From contig CM074812.1 of NCBI GenBank assembly GCA_037447605.1, forward strand, positions 1,364,001-1,428,000: 64,000 nucleotides of DNA. The letters are read 5' to 3'. The position numbers were made by a program, and so were the translations under genes. Origin of the DNA: Zygnema circumcarinatum SAG 698-1b (Eukaryota > Plantae > Zygnematophyceae). Shown here one piece after another: positions 38,099-61,523 of the stretch. Numbering within the stretch: the first letter of the stretch is position 1; the number at the start of each line of letters is the position of its first letter. Below the pieces are notes generated by a model. It was not told the DNA's origin. It saw only the letters and a list, made by a program, of their open reading frames with translations, and ran no database searches.

Positions 38099-40028
38099 TC
38101 ATGGCGTCATGGGAGAGCCCAATTCTTCCCAAGAGGATGCAGCGAGAGAAGGGAGGCTGAGAGGGCGACGCAGAGGAGTGGGAGCTTCAGGGGAGCTCCA
38201 TGACTGTGTGCGATGAAGGGGGAGAGGGAGAGAGAGAGGGCGAGAGAGAGGGAGAGGAGGGAGGCGAGGAGAGGCGGGGGGGCGGCATACTCCCGAGCAG
38301 CCATGACAGTTCATGGCGGACCATGCGTGATTAGGGTTGGAAAGCTGAGGTTGTCCAGAAGCGAGAAAGCTCAAGAGGGAGGAGGAGATGGGAGAGAGCT
38401 TGGAGGAGGGGATGGAGGGAGCAGCCATGGGGGGGGGAGTGGAGAAGCGATGGTGGGGAGAGGAGGAGGAGTAGAGGGAGGCGAAGCAGGTGGTGTTCAC
38501 GATGGGAGAGGAGGAGGGATGGAAGGATATGGCGGAATCAGAGGGAGAGATATCATTCTCGGGGTGGGAGGCCGCCATGGATTGGAGCATGGAAATACAG
38601 TTGAGATCATCACATGGAACTCCACATGCACCTTGGGAGGGCCATTCTTGAGCAGGGTATCCTTGAATCTGCGATGGAAAAGTTTCCGACGATAGCTGAG
38701 TCGCTGCCATAGAGTCTGAAACAGAATTTACAATGTTGGGTTGCTCGAAAAATCCGATTTTGCTAATGTCAACTTCGTCTATCCCAACCATCCCCCCCTG
38801 TTCGTTTTGGGGTTGTTGCAGGTAAACCTGATTTTGGAAGCTTCCGGAAGTTTCCATGGCTGCCTCCTTCACTCCCGGTAGAAAGCCATTACCGGTCTGT
38901 TCGAGAGAGAGATCATCCATGAGATGAAAGGAAGAAGATGCAGCATCTCTGCGGTTTTCCAGAATGGCAGTCTCCTCCAAGTTTCCATAATCAAGGTTCA
39001 AACTTGGAATTCCATCCAATATACTCTTCAAATTCGGACCCTCCAGAAAGGAAACATCTTCATTGGATATGGAATCTCCTCCCCCAACTGTCTCTGTCAC
39101 GGAATTCAGTGAATTTTCCGTTTCTAAACTGAGCTGCTGCAAAATAGCATCACCCTGAACTTCCGCAGAAGCTGCAAGCATTTCTAGGAGAGCTGTTTCC
39201 ACTGCTGCTTGTGTGTCAAGGAGAGAGTAGTGACCTTCATCCATGGCTTCCATGGATGCAAGTGGGGTTTGCCGATACTCTCCACTTTCGATCATCTTTG
39301 ATAAAAGAGCAGAAATATGTTGCTCCACAGTTTCATCTATTGCAGGTTGATTCTGCGAAACTTCCCAATTTGGAGCTGTACCCACAACAGAAACTGCATT
39401 CATGCTCGTTTCACAGTTCGAACCGTTAAACTCCTGGTTCGATCCAACGGAATTTTGTGTCTCCAGTTCCATGTCGTCCAGTTTCACTCTCTTTGTGTTA
39501 GCTGCAACAGTTCCATCCTGCCCAAACATAAGCAGCCGTTTTGCTTCTAAACGGGCAGACCCGGGGGAAATTGCTCCTTCCTCTATCTTTACCGGCCCAA
39601 GAAAGATATTACCAGAAGGGTGGTTAGGCTTAAAATTGGGGTCCATAGAACCGTTGTGTGCGACAGCAGGCTGACGGAACTGAGACTGCGGAGTCATGGG
39701 ACTGCCACGTGGCGTGTTCCGTCCGAAATCTTCGTGGTGAAGGGGGAGGGAGGGAGGGAGAGAGAGAGGGAGGGAGCCATGGCTGGGAGATGGCTGCTGC
39801 TTTGGGGAGGGTTGGGCGAGGTTCGGGAGGGAGCCATGGGAGGAGACTCGGAGGAGGGAGGAGGGTCGGCGAGAGGGGGTGGGCTTTAAGGGAGCTTCGG
39901 CTGAGCTTCGGACCAATAGGGTGATGCCACGTGGATCCTGTAGCATCAGCTCAACGTGCTTCAGACAGACAGACAGAGGTGGGAAGCCATAAAAAACATT
40001 CTCTCTTTCTCCCTCTCCCTCTCCCTCT

Positions 40029-40080
<52 letters not shown>

Positions 40081-40247
40081 CTCACTCTCTAGCTATTCCC
40101 CCCCTCCCACCAAAAAACTTTCTCTCCATCTCTCTCTACACACTTTTGTTCTGCGAAAGATAAAGGAGTAATCCAGGAGCGTAATCCGAAAAGCGACATG
40201 GTCTCTAAATACTACTTTGGGCAGAAAAAAGAAAGAAAGTGGGGGAG

Positions 40248-40286
<39 letters not shown>

Positions 40287-41235
40287 AAGAGAGAGAGAGG
40301 AGAGAGTGGGAGGAGGGAGGGGGAAGTTAGGAGTGTGGGTCTCACCGCCCCCTGATTCTCCAAAAGCAGACTGTTTCCATGCTCCTCAAATCCGTTGGTG
40401 TAGTTCGACACATAGTCGCAGCGATCACTGAAGCTCCGTAGAGGAGGGTTGGACGGAAGCTCCGTTGGCTTCCACGGAATACGCGACATGGAACCGCTGT
40501 CTGCAGTTGCAGGAGCTCTCCCTCCTCCTCCCTCTGGTGAGGGAGACACCCAATCATGATTAGGCTCTACATGCTCCGTCGCAGTTCCGTTGAACTGCAT
40601 GGAATTTACTGCGTCCTTCATTTGGGTTTCCTGCAAAATCCAAAGATCAGAAGATCTTATAAAGTGTAAATTTTCTAATAAGTTTGGATTTAGCACAGAC
40701 AACAAGGAGAGGGAAAGCAGAAATTTTCAAATTTTGAAGCATAACGGATCGGAAGAAGGACGAAGGTCTGCGCGCATCTTTCCTGTCGCCAAGAAAAAAG
40801 AATCAGTACTCACCTGCATTTCTGCTCGGTACTTTGCGAGGAGCTCCGGATACCGCTTCTTAAGAGCCGCATGCCAGTGGTTCTGCATCCAAAAGGGTGA
40901 CAAAGAAACAAAAATTCTCCATTCAAAATTTGACGAAGTTCCAGGAATACGTTGTTCGCAGAGACAATAACCAAGAAGAAAATTAACTGAAGAAGAAATA
41001 AAAAAAAAAGAGAATCCCGTGAGAAATTTACTTTGATGGCATTGTCGGTCCTTCCGGGCATATTTTTTACAATGACAGCCCAGCGGCTGCCATGCTCCGC
41101 GTATCCGAGAACTATGGATCTGTCCTCTTCCTCCGTGAAGGGGGCCTTGGAAACCTGCCACGTGGCAAAATCTGGATCGTCAGACAGGGCTAGGGAAAAG
41201 GTTTTTACTCGTGTCATAGACCAGAGCCTGCGTCT

Positions 41236-41277
<42 letters not shown>

Positions 41278-42130
41278 TGGAGGGGGGTGTGGGAGAGACA
41301 GGACACAATAGGGCTTTGTGGGATGAGGAAAATTCTAAATGTCCCGCATGCAGGGGACGTAGAAGGATGGGAACAACAAACGTACACACCCGAATAGAGA
41401 GCGGAGGAGGAGGACGAGGGAGAGGGAGAGGGAGAGGGAGAGGGAGAGGGAGAGGGAGAGGGAGAGGGAGAGGGAGAGGGAGAGGGAGGGAGGGGTGTGC
41501 AGGGAATTGATGAAAGAAGGTGAAGACGAAGGAGCAGATAAAAACGGAACGAGACACTCAGTAGGGTTCGAGAAATGAAGAAATGCAAATGAGCGAAGAT
41601 GAAGGAGACTCAACGAGAGACGTAGAGCGAGCGAGAGAGAGACAAAGCATGCGAGGGAGAGAATGAAAGCGAGAATGCGGGCGAGCGAGATTATTCGAGC
41701 GACACAATGAGAGCGAGAGAGAGGGAGAAGAGAGAGAGAGAGAGAGAGCGGGCCCCACCTGCGGGTGCAGGTGGTTGCACCATCGCAGGCGGCAGCTCTT
41801 GGAGGTCCGCCCCTTGAGCCCCCGCGCGATCGCCCCCCACTGCCTCGCCCCCCGCGCCGCCACCAGCGCGCGCAGCGCCGCGTCCTCCGCCGCACTCCAC
41901 GCGCCGCGGACCGCCGCCTCCGCTTCCTCCGCCTCCGCCTCCGCCGCCACGTGGCGCGAGGAGGAGGACGAGGGGGAGGGGGAGGAGGACCCCGCCGCGG
42001 GGGACGGGGACTCCGCCATGTGGCAGTCGTCCTGCACCTCGCGGGACTCGGCGTCCGGCACGTGGCAATCGGACTCCGCCACGTGGACAGCGGTCTCCTT
42101 TTGGGTCGTGGGCAGTGCCTCCAGCGCCAT
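38099..42130 (-). CDS. R2R3-MYB transcription factor, paralog 1; 5 exons
   Basis: Exons 42130-41759, 41154-41032, 40882-40814, 40630-40346, 39958-38099. RGAWSAAED...[29 protein letters not shown]...PGRTDNAIK/NHW, followed by a long acidic, Ser-rich C-terminus. The start could instead be the upstream in-frame ATG at about 42368. Confidence 0.88.
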
Positions 42131-44886
42131 GGCGGCCTCCGCCCCCTCCCGCCTCCACCTCTCCCTCCCCCTCCCTCCCTCCCTCCCTCTCTCTCCCTCT
42201 CCCTCCCCCTCTCCCTCTCCCTCTCCCTCTCCCTCTCCCTCTCCCTCCCTCGCCCTCTCCCTCCCTCGCCCTCTCCCTCTCCCTCTCCCCCACTCCCTCC
42301 CTCGGGTGGCGTCAGATGATGCACGCGCGCCGGAAGTGATGTTGCGGAGGGCGGCGGCGGGGGACATATGGGGGGGAGGAACCTCCGCATACGACAATAT
42401 ACTGTACGACAACCATCATGATGACGTCACTAGCGTCAGTCCATTGGCGCGTCCTGGCGAGAAAGTGGACAAATGGGCCTTACGCGACAAAACTAGCGGC
42501 GTGGCGTGGGCGGCAGGGGACAGGTGGCGCGCTGGGGGAGAGCGGAAGGCTTGAACGGCCTTGACTGGGCTGGACTTGGTGGGCGATCTGCGAATGTGAG
42601 AGCACCACGTGTGCATGTGGTTGGATACATATGTTGGGATGGTGCAGATGTAGATCACGGGACAAGGGCCGTAATTCTTGTAGGTCGGCAGGCTTGTCGT
42701 CTTTGAAGATGTAGGCCGGTGGATATGTCGTCTACTTACGTGTAGGTCGATGTGAGATTCTTGTGCGGCCACGCGACCTTTGCCAGACTGGCGTCGCAGA
42801 TCGACAGAGGCTTCGACGGGCAGCTAAAAAATAATTTTTGAGGGACCCGAAATTGGAAACTTCAAACATTTGTATCACGAGAAAATCGATTATTCATGTC
42901 TGAAATATGTTTCTGCCCGAAATGTCTCTTTGGTATTTTTTTGTAACTGCCCGGTAGTTAATTCGTTTTGAACTTTTCGAAATGTCACTTGTTTAAATTT
43001 AGGGGACCTTCAAGAGGCTTCCCTTGTTGTATTATCGCTCGTACGGTTAACCGTACGGTTAACCGTACGTATGTCACGTGCGAATTGTGACCTGTTATAA
43101 ATGAAGCCAATCATTTCTTCAATCCTGGCCGTCCGATATGCCACGTTTCACTTTCTGCTAGGACCGAGGTTTCAAAATCGTCCATCTTGTCATTTTGCGT
43201 GACTTTCATTTTCTGAAGTCACCTTTTCGTGAATTTTCAGCCAATCACCGCCCAGGAATCTATAGATTTCTATCTCATTTTTTCTATTTTTCAATAGATG
43301 GTAATTCTGCCAGCTGTCGTATGACGTGGCATTCCCACTTCCACGTTTCCTACGGGACCACCCTAATACGACAATTTGTCGCGCTGTTTCGTGTCGACCT
43401 TACTGCCTTATACGACAGATGTTTGTCTTTTCTGCTGTACTGTCATATTCACGTGGAACGATCCCGGCTTCTTATTGGCCCATCACCCGGGCCGAATCTC
43501 TTGGTGTCGGCGGGTCCTCGTCTTTCCGAGCGCGAAATGTCCGCCGTTATGAAAATTTATGAATTGCGTTCCTATGTTTTGGGGTACGCCGTCGGCATTG
43601 TTCGGTGCTGACGTCATGGTTAACACATGCCGTCGGCCGGTTTCTTTTGGTTTGTGGTTTGTGGTTTGTGGTTTGTAGTTTGTGGGGAAAATGGAGGACT
43701 GTACAGTACAGTAAACAGATGAGAGCGGTTTGGCCAATGAAACATCGTCACGTGGCACACCGTGCTCCTCACTTCCACGCTGTCCGCGATTTCGTCATTT
43801 TATGATGTTTGCACAAGGCGCCACTTGGCAGCGACGTGGCGCGCTCTTGTTGGCGCTGGTGGCCAGAGAAGCGGCGCTCTTCCGGCTTTGCCGGCCGAAG
43901 TTCCGCAGTCGTTGGACCAAAAAACTTGTCTCTCAGGTTTCAAACCCGCCGCCGCGGTTTGCAACTCGCCGACTGTCTTGAAAAGTGAAATTTGTGGACC
44001 CCAGTCACATGGCACAGATATATGTCTGCATTTCGGACATTGCCATGCCATGCCATGTTATGCCATGGCCATCCGGAATGTTACGGATGGATACCCATGG
44101 CCATGGCCCATGCTTCCAAGAAGGTCGAAGGTTCCAGTTCGTCGCCGGCAGTTGCGGCAATGCTGAGCATTCGCCACTGCCACATGGCACCAATGGCGTA
44201 CGGTCTTCACGCGTGTGGTTCCGTCCGGCGCCGCCCATTGGTCCGTTTCAGCGTGCTTATTGTGTTCGTACAGTCATGTCCTACGGTACGGATTATCCTG
44301 CCGTACCGTTGTTCGACATCCGTACGAGAGTACGGAAATGTATGTTAGTGTTGTTGTTGTGCATGCACCTTTCATGCCATCGCGAGACCAATTCTAGAAC
44401 CAATTCCCTCCCTTACATTCCTCCAATCGATCCCCAATGTCCCCAACTCGAGTACAATGTTGCTCCAAAGAGCAGTCGGACATTGCACCGCGTTCTTGTT
44501 GAACATGCGCACATGAACATCGTTAGAATGGCGGGAGGCCGCGTACTCACGTGACGTGATGTCACGCGATCACATGACTTGAGTAAAACCATATTTCAAA
44601 GTCATTCTTTTTTCATCATTTCCAAATTTGCAAAAGGAAACAGTTTGACATGGCCTTTTTCGCCACATCGTTGAATTGAATCGGAAAAAAAAAAAAAAAA
44701 AATGAAACAGAAGTAAAAACGAGATTTGTTTCTGCTTCTGTCTAATGTATAAAATAGATGACATTCCCAATCCATCCATGGGGGGATGTGCAGGTCTCGA
44801 GCCATGCCCTTTAAACCCTAAAACCCCCTACCCCCCCGCCCCGCTAAATGATCTTAAAAACAACGAAGAAACCCACATCTTATTCG

Positions 44887-48730
<3,844 letters not shown>

Positions 48731-50434
48731 TGGATAGGGGGGGAGGGGGAGGTCGAGAGGGAGAGGGAGAGGGAGAGGGAGAGGGAGATCGCGAGGGAGA
48801 GGAGAGAGAGGAGGATGAGGGATAGGGAAAACGAGAGGGAGATGAAAAGGGTAAGGGAGGGAGAGAGGGAGAGGGAGAGGGATAGGGAGGGCGAGTTGTA
48901 GTGTGATACGGACGGAGAATTTACGAGGGAATGGAAGGGAGGGAGGGAGAGGTAGATCAAGAGGTAGGGAGCGAGGGATACAGACAGGGAGTTGGAGAGA
49001 GACGGAGGGAGAGGCAGATGGGAGAGACGCAGGGAGAGATAGATGGGAAGTGGGAGAGGGAGAGGGAGAGGGAGACGAAGTGGGAGAGGGAGGGGGAGCG
49101 AGAAAGTCCAAGCGCGCCGCGGCCAATATAGCCCGAACCCGCGAACCGCGCGCTTTGGGGACAGTACCATCTTGCACGTGCGATGGGGGGACAATGCGTA
49201 CGGACAGACTCTCATTACGAATGAAAGGGCGCCACTTGGACAGTCTATTTCCCGGGTCTTTGGAGGTGACGTGTTTGCATGGGCGGATGTACGACCCTCG
49301 GGCGGCATCTGGGGAAGTTCATATCTGGGATGTGTAGATCTGGGCTGCTCCGCGTACGGATTCGGAGATTTCCAGGGGTACTGTATGTACGGCTCCAATC
49401 AGGGGGCGGGATCAGGTGGCCGCACCATACCGGGGTGTACGGACACAAAATTTCACACAAAGCTTGTCGCGAAGTGGATGAAGTTTCTGGCTAGAGTTAG
49501 GTTTTAGGAAGATATCCAATGAAAGGGCGTCACGTGGACTCGTGTACCATGTGGCAAGTCACCATTGGGTGGAGGTAATTTTATCATGGCATTTTGGGAC
49601 GTTGTTTTGGGTTTCCTGTGCAGAAACGAAAAAATGAAAGGTCTCGAATGAGTGGCCGCGGGTCCCGGCAGTTGGCCGAGTCCGTTATGTTTGTCGTTTC
49701 TCCGTACAGGTGGTGGTGTCGGGCACTGGCCGGCGCCGGGCGGTCGGAGTTCATTTGGCGTATCGGCGCATCGTCATCGTATCGGTGCGACCGGCAGAAA
49801 TCCCGCCGGCAGAGCTTGACGGCCTGTGTCCCGCCGGCGGTTGTTGTTGAACAGGGGGTTCAGCTGTCGCGGTTTTCGTCTCTCCCTGCGGCAAGAACGG
49901 CCGACCACTTCCGATACGACGGCGATATTACGATATGCTAATGGTCAGTGGCAAATTCGCTTCCGACAAACAAATGTACGAAGAATCTGGATGTTCGACC
50001 TCTTGTGACTCGTGGCGTTCTCATATGAGTCTTTTGCCACGTGTCCCAATCATCTCCCGCATTATCACGTGATAGCTGCTTACGTGGAGATTCGTAATAC
50101 TGTCGACGTGGCAGAATACCATATTCTGAACTACTTGTACCGTCTTGCCACATTTTGACTTTCAGTCAATGGCAAAAAGTGCTTAAGGACACGTGGCGGA
50201 TTTTAAGCGGTCAGCTTTGGTCCACTTTTACTGGTTGCGCGTCATTTCCGCCAATCGGAGAACGTTCTGTTTGTCGTTTTAAAAAGGACAAATTTCCGGA
50301 GGTCCCCGGGTGCCGCGTCCGGCGGTAGTTCGTTACCCGGAGGACACTTGTTTGTCCTTTCTGCTACGTGGCGCCACACCTCCGAAGTCGCTGTAGCCGA
50401 AAGGAAATGGACCAAAAAAACCACCGACTGCGCT

Positions 50435-50703
50435 CCAATCATTAGCCCACACGTGCCGGACATGCTTGCCCTGATTTGTTGCTAATCAGAAGTAAACACG
50501 TGGCACTCACTGGGAATGCCATTACGCCTCGCAGCACAGTTGACACGTGGCAGTCGCAGGAAGTCCACCGACATCAGCTCCAATCCACGTTTCGCACGTG
50601 GCAGCCAAAGACTTCCCCTTTTTCCCCTTCCAATCTCCAGATGACACGTGGCAGCCCCATAGGCTCGCCCTTTCTTGCTCTTCCAATCCTCAGATGCCAC
50701 GTG
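50435..50703 (+). promoter_or_regulatory. Array of CCAAT-N10-CACGTG (ERSE-I-like) composite elements
   Basis: CACGTG at 50450, 50497, 50544, 50595, 50645 and 50698. CCAAT lies exactly 15 nt upstream at 50435, 50580, 50630 and 50683, with CTAAT at 50482. Function is inferred. Confidence 0.6.
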
Positions 50704-51087
50704 ACTGCCGCAGGTCCGCCCAAAACGCGGCTCTCCAGGCCTCCGCATCTCCCCCGTCGACCGGCAGGCAATCGCAGCCGAACATGTCGCTGGTGGACAC
50801 GCGGCGCGGTGTGCGGCAACCACGTGGCGGCCGCTCATTCGCCCACCTCGTCAATTTTTTTTTTTTTTTTTTTTTCGCGTCAACTCGATGATGGAGAGGA
50901 TGTGGCATTGATCCAACGATGGCGATGATGCCATCAATTGTCCATGGACAATGTCATCATGGAAACCACGAGGAACTGGTCGCAAAGGTCCTAAGCACAA
51001 AGAAAGATGCTAGAAGCGGAAAACTACGCGTAGGCTCAACAAGATGGCTTTTCTACGGTGGTCTTTGTTGGCGACGTGCTCGGAAGA

Positions 51088-51418
51088 GCGGCTGCTTCTA
51101 GGGCCGTGTTGTTGGTGGGCTTGGAAGCAGATTTCCGTTCATAGGCTGTTGTTCTCTTTTGTCCTTGGGTCCTTTGTGGCCGATTCCTTTGGTTCCCCAT
51201 GTCGATTAGATGGCCTTGACATCGTGAGATCAATGCTATTTTCTTGTCTTCTTCTTTTTGCAAACTTGCATTGGTCTCACGATGGCGAAGACATCAAGTG
51301 TACATGGATAAAATCAACATAGGGAACCAAGAGAAAATCACAAAGAACCTAAAGACAAAAAGAAAAAGATTATATATCTATTTCTAGGCTCAATAACACG
51401 GTACTAGAAGCAGCCGCG
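51088..51418. repeat. Imperfect inverted repeat (arms about 150 bp) formed by two copies of a dispersed repeat family
   Basis: The reverse complement of 51088-51236 aligns to 51268-51418 (gcattg.tctcacgatg...cat.gggaaccaa...acacgg..ctagaagcagccgc). Confidence 0.75.
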
Positions 51419-52043
51419 ATCATGTAGTGATACCTCCGTCATGCTTCGCGCCGACCATGAGCTGCACATGCGCGCATGCTGCATGCATGCATGCACACAT
51501 TTGTACTGCCAAAGCGAAGACTTGGACCAGCGCGCTATCCTGTACCGCCCCTTCAGACCCGACCCCTAACTACCCCTTTGGCCAACCAAGACGACGTATA
51601 TTAGTCAATCGTACATTAGTCAACGGACTAATGTAAGATTGACCTTGGCTCGCCGCGGTTCAAAGTCCTCCCTCGGAGCGAGTCAAACTGTCGGCAGGAG
51701 GAACTCGAAATCACTCAAAACTTCGCCTTTCCAACGGACCCTGCGCTCGGATTGGCCATCCGAAGCGGCCTCGCGCCTCCCATTGGCCCTCCGGCCCCGC
51801 CCGGCCCGACTCGCCGCCTTTGCCTCCCCCGAGGCCAACCACTGCCGGACCACCGCGCGCCACCGGGCGTCCCCTCTCCGCCCACCCCTCGTCACCCTTC
51901 CACTTGACCCTTGAACCCTGAATTCGGAACTCTGAACCCTAATTCCTGGATCCTTCACCTGGAAGCCATCCATCCGGCCCTGAGCTCTGAGCCCTGAACC
52001 CTGAGCCCTAAGCCCTCGCCGGCGCGCGCGGCCCTGAACCCCG

Positions 52044-58924
<6,881 letters not shown>

Positions 58925-61523
58925 GAGGGGCCAAAATTGAGAATTTAAATAAGTAGAAATTTCAATTGTGGTCCTTGAGCCGTTCCAGCCGCACTTTCCA
59001 AAGCATAATTTTTCCGAGAAAATTTTTGTTAAAAGACAACACCCTGTAACGGACGAATGTGATTGGCGAGGAATTTTTTCGGTTTTGTACCTATTTTGAA
59101 TTTTCAATATTTTTGAGAAGTTTGTTGGAGGAATTTCATGGCAGCCAAGGGTGGTTTGCCACGTGTTAGGCTCGCGCGATCGAACAAGTTTTTTCTGCTC
59201 GCGGGCAGCCGTCAACGAAGAGTTCGTGGGTCGCAGAGGAACTGCGTGGCTCGCCCCTTTTTTTTTTTCTGCCCGAACTCCGGCGATTGGCCGTGTCGCC
59301 GTGGCAGAAAAATGTCGCCAGAAATCTAACCGATTCCACCGTCGCCCTCTCTCCCGTTTTTTGTCGCCAACTGCGAAACGGTTTTTGGTTTTTGGTTTTT
59401 GGCCGGAGCCGAAAATGGGCTCTAACGCTTTCGCACTTGCCAACAGTGGACCCTACGGAGGCGGACTTCGACAATTTCGACCCAAAACGAGGCAGTGTGA
59501 ACAGGCCCTGCGAAAGTTCTAGGTGACGTGGCAGCGGCGCATCCAACCAATGGGAGTACACCGACAAACCGACATCGCATGCATTTTTGACACGTGTCAA
59601 CAAAAACACGTGGTCGGTGCCACATGGCACTTCTACTAAGTTGCATGCCTTTCAGCCAACGACTGTGCCACGTGGTGGCTGAAAGGGCTCGGGGGAGCGC
59701 CACGTAGTAAGTTGTTGGTCAAAACGTCCCAAAAACGACAAAAGGTCTTTCAACCCCGCGGTGGGATTTCAACGTGGTTGCCGCTCGAAATTTTGTTCTC
59801 ATGTGAAGCGGCACCTGCGAAGGGGCGCGCTGGTTGGCTACGGATGGACTTGTGAGGCCAGAAAATGCCAAAAAAGGTCTCGCGCACGCCCTGGCTCACA
59901 AGCGAAAGAGGCCAAAATGATGGCTTGTACGGACTGACCTTTCCACCGACTCGTTTCGAAAAAAACAGAATCAGAATGCCCTGAAAACGAATTCCGCGAA
60001 ATATCTTTCCCAACAGAGTAGTACGGTCGGCGTACGAACGGACGATCACGACAGCCGCATGTCACATCTTTTCACGTGGTGAGTATCTATTGGCTAGAAA
60101 CGCATATAACGACAAAATGGGAAATGCGATGATCGTACGGCGTACCCGGAATCTGGTACAAATGTCCAAGATATCCCTATAAAGGACAAAAAATCACGAT
60201 GGCCTTCCTGACATTGGGGAGAGATCCCAAATTTCTGCGCCTTGGGAGCGATCGCCCGAAAGGACCTCAGATGGCAGCTTCGAATCATTTAATTTCAAAT
60301 CGACGGCTTGGAAGTCTTTAAGTCATCTTACACGTGTAATCGACAGCTTGGATGTTCCGACGTGGCATCAAAGAAGATCTGGTTGGCCAGAAATCTCTGT
60401 CAGATACAGTGACTCCATCTCCCGATAGATATTTTCGTATCAGAATCTGTTGTCGTACGTTACCCGTACGTTTTCTTTTTACATTCGTACAACCGTTGTC
60501 ACTGTCCGTACAACCGACAAAGTCCTTGCTTGCATACCCAACAGTCAGCACTTGACGGTTCACCTGTCAGTCTATCGCCAGCTGGTCAACAGATCAACCG
60601 CCCCCTAATACGACAATAAAACTCCCAAACTGGAAGTAGGGCGTCCCTAGAAGAGCCTAATTCGTCCCCACTTGCCAACGCAAGTTCTCAGCCAATCTCA
60701 GCGTACCATAACACGTGTGAAACCCGACATTTCCGCCGGCATTTCCTCAGCTGGCCGCTGCCGGCCGTTGGTTCAACAGCCGCCCAAACTGCCCCAACCG
60801 ACAAACCGACTGCCGACCACAATTTGTCGTTTTATGCCGCCTGGTTCCTCCGCCCGCGTCTGTCCGTACCGCTTGACGGCCCTTTCCAGGAAGTTGCGTC
60901 ACTCAGATACGACAAAATAACGTGCGGCTGGAGACGAAAAGTGCCAAAATTTCACCCGCAAAACGCCAAACTTTCGATGCCACGTGGCAGCGCCGGGCGC
61001 GGGGAGGGCTCGCCGCATCGCGTCAGTTTGTGTCACGTCACGCGGCGCGCAGAGGCCGGAAGCGTGACCCGGCGAGGCGTCACGTCACGCTTTCGAACGG
61101 CGCGAGTCTCTGGCGGGGTCCCGCGAGGGCGCACTTCGGCGCGGAGGGTCCGCAGGGGGGCGGGGACGGCGGAGCCAGGGGAGAAATAGGGGGCGGGAGA
61201 GAGAGGGAGGGAGAGAGGGAGGGAGAGAGGAAGGGAGAGAGAGAGAGAGTGTGAGAGAGAGATAGATAACGAGGATAGAGATAAGGAGAGGTAAAAAAGA
61301 CTGAAACGAGAGGAGTGAGAAGGGAGGAAGCAGGAGAGAGTGGGAGAGAGAGGCGGGGAGAGGGAGGGAGCGGGAGAAGCAAGGGTGAAGGTGTAGCGAA
61401 ATAGAAGGAGACTGACAGGAAGACGATAAAGGAGAAGGGAGTACCAACAGGGAGTGGACTATCGAGAGACGGAGTGAGCGGTGGGAGAGAGAGGGGAAGA
61501 CAGAAGAAACGAGAGAGAGAGAG

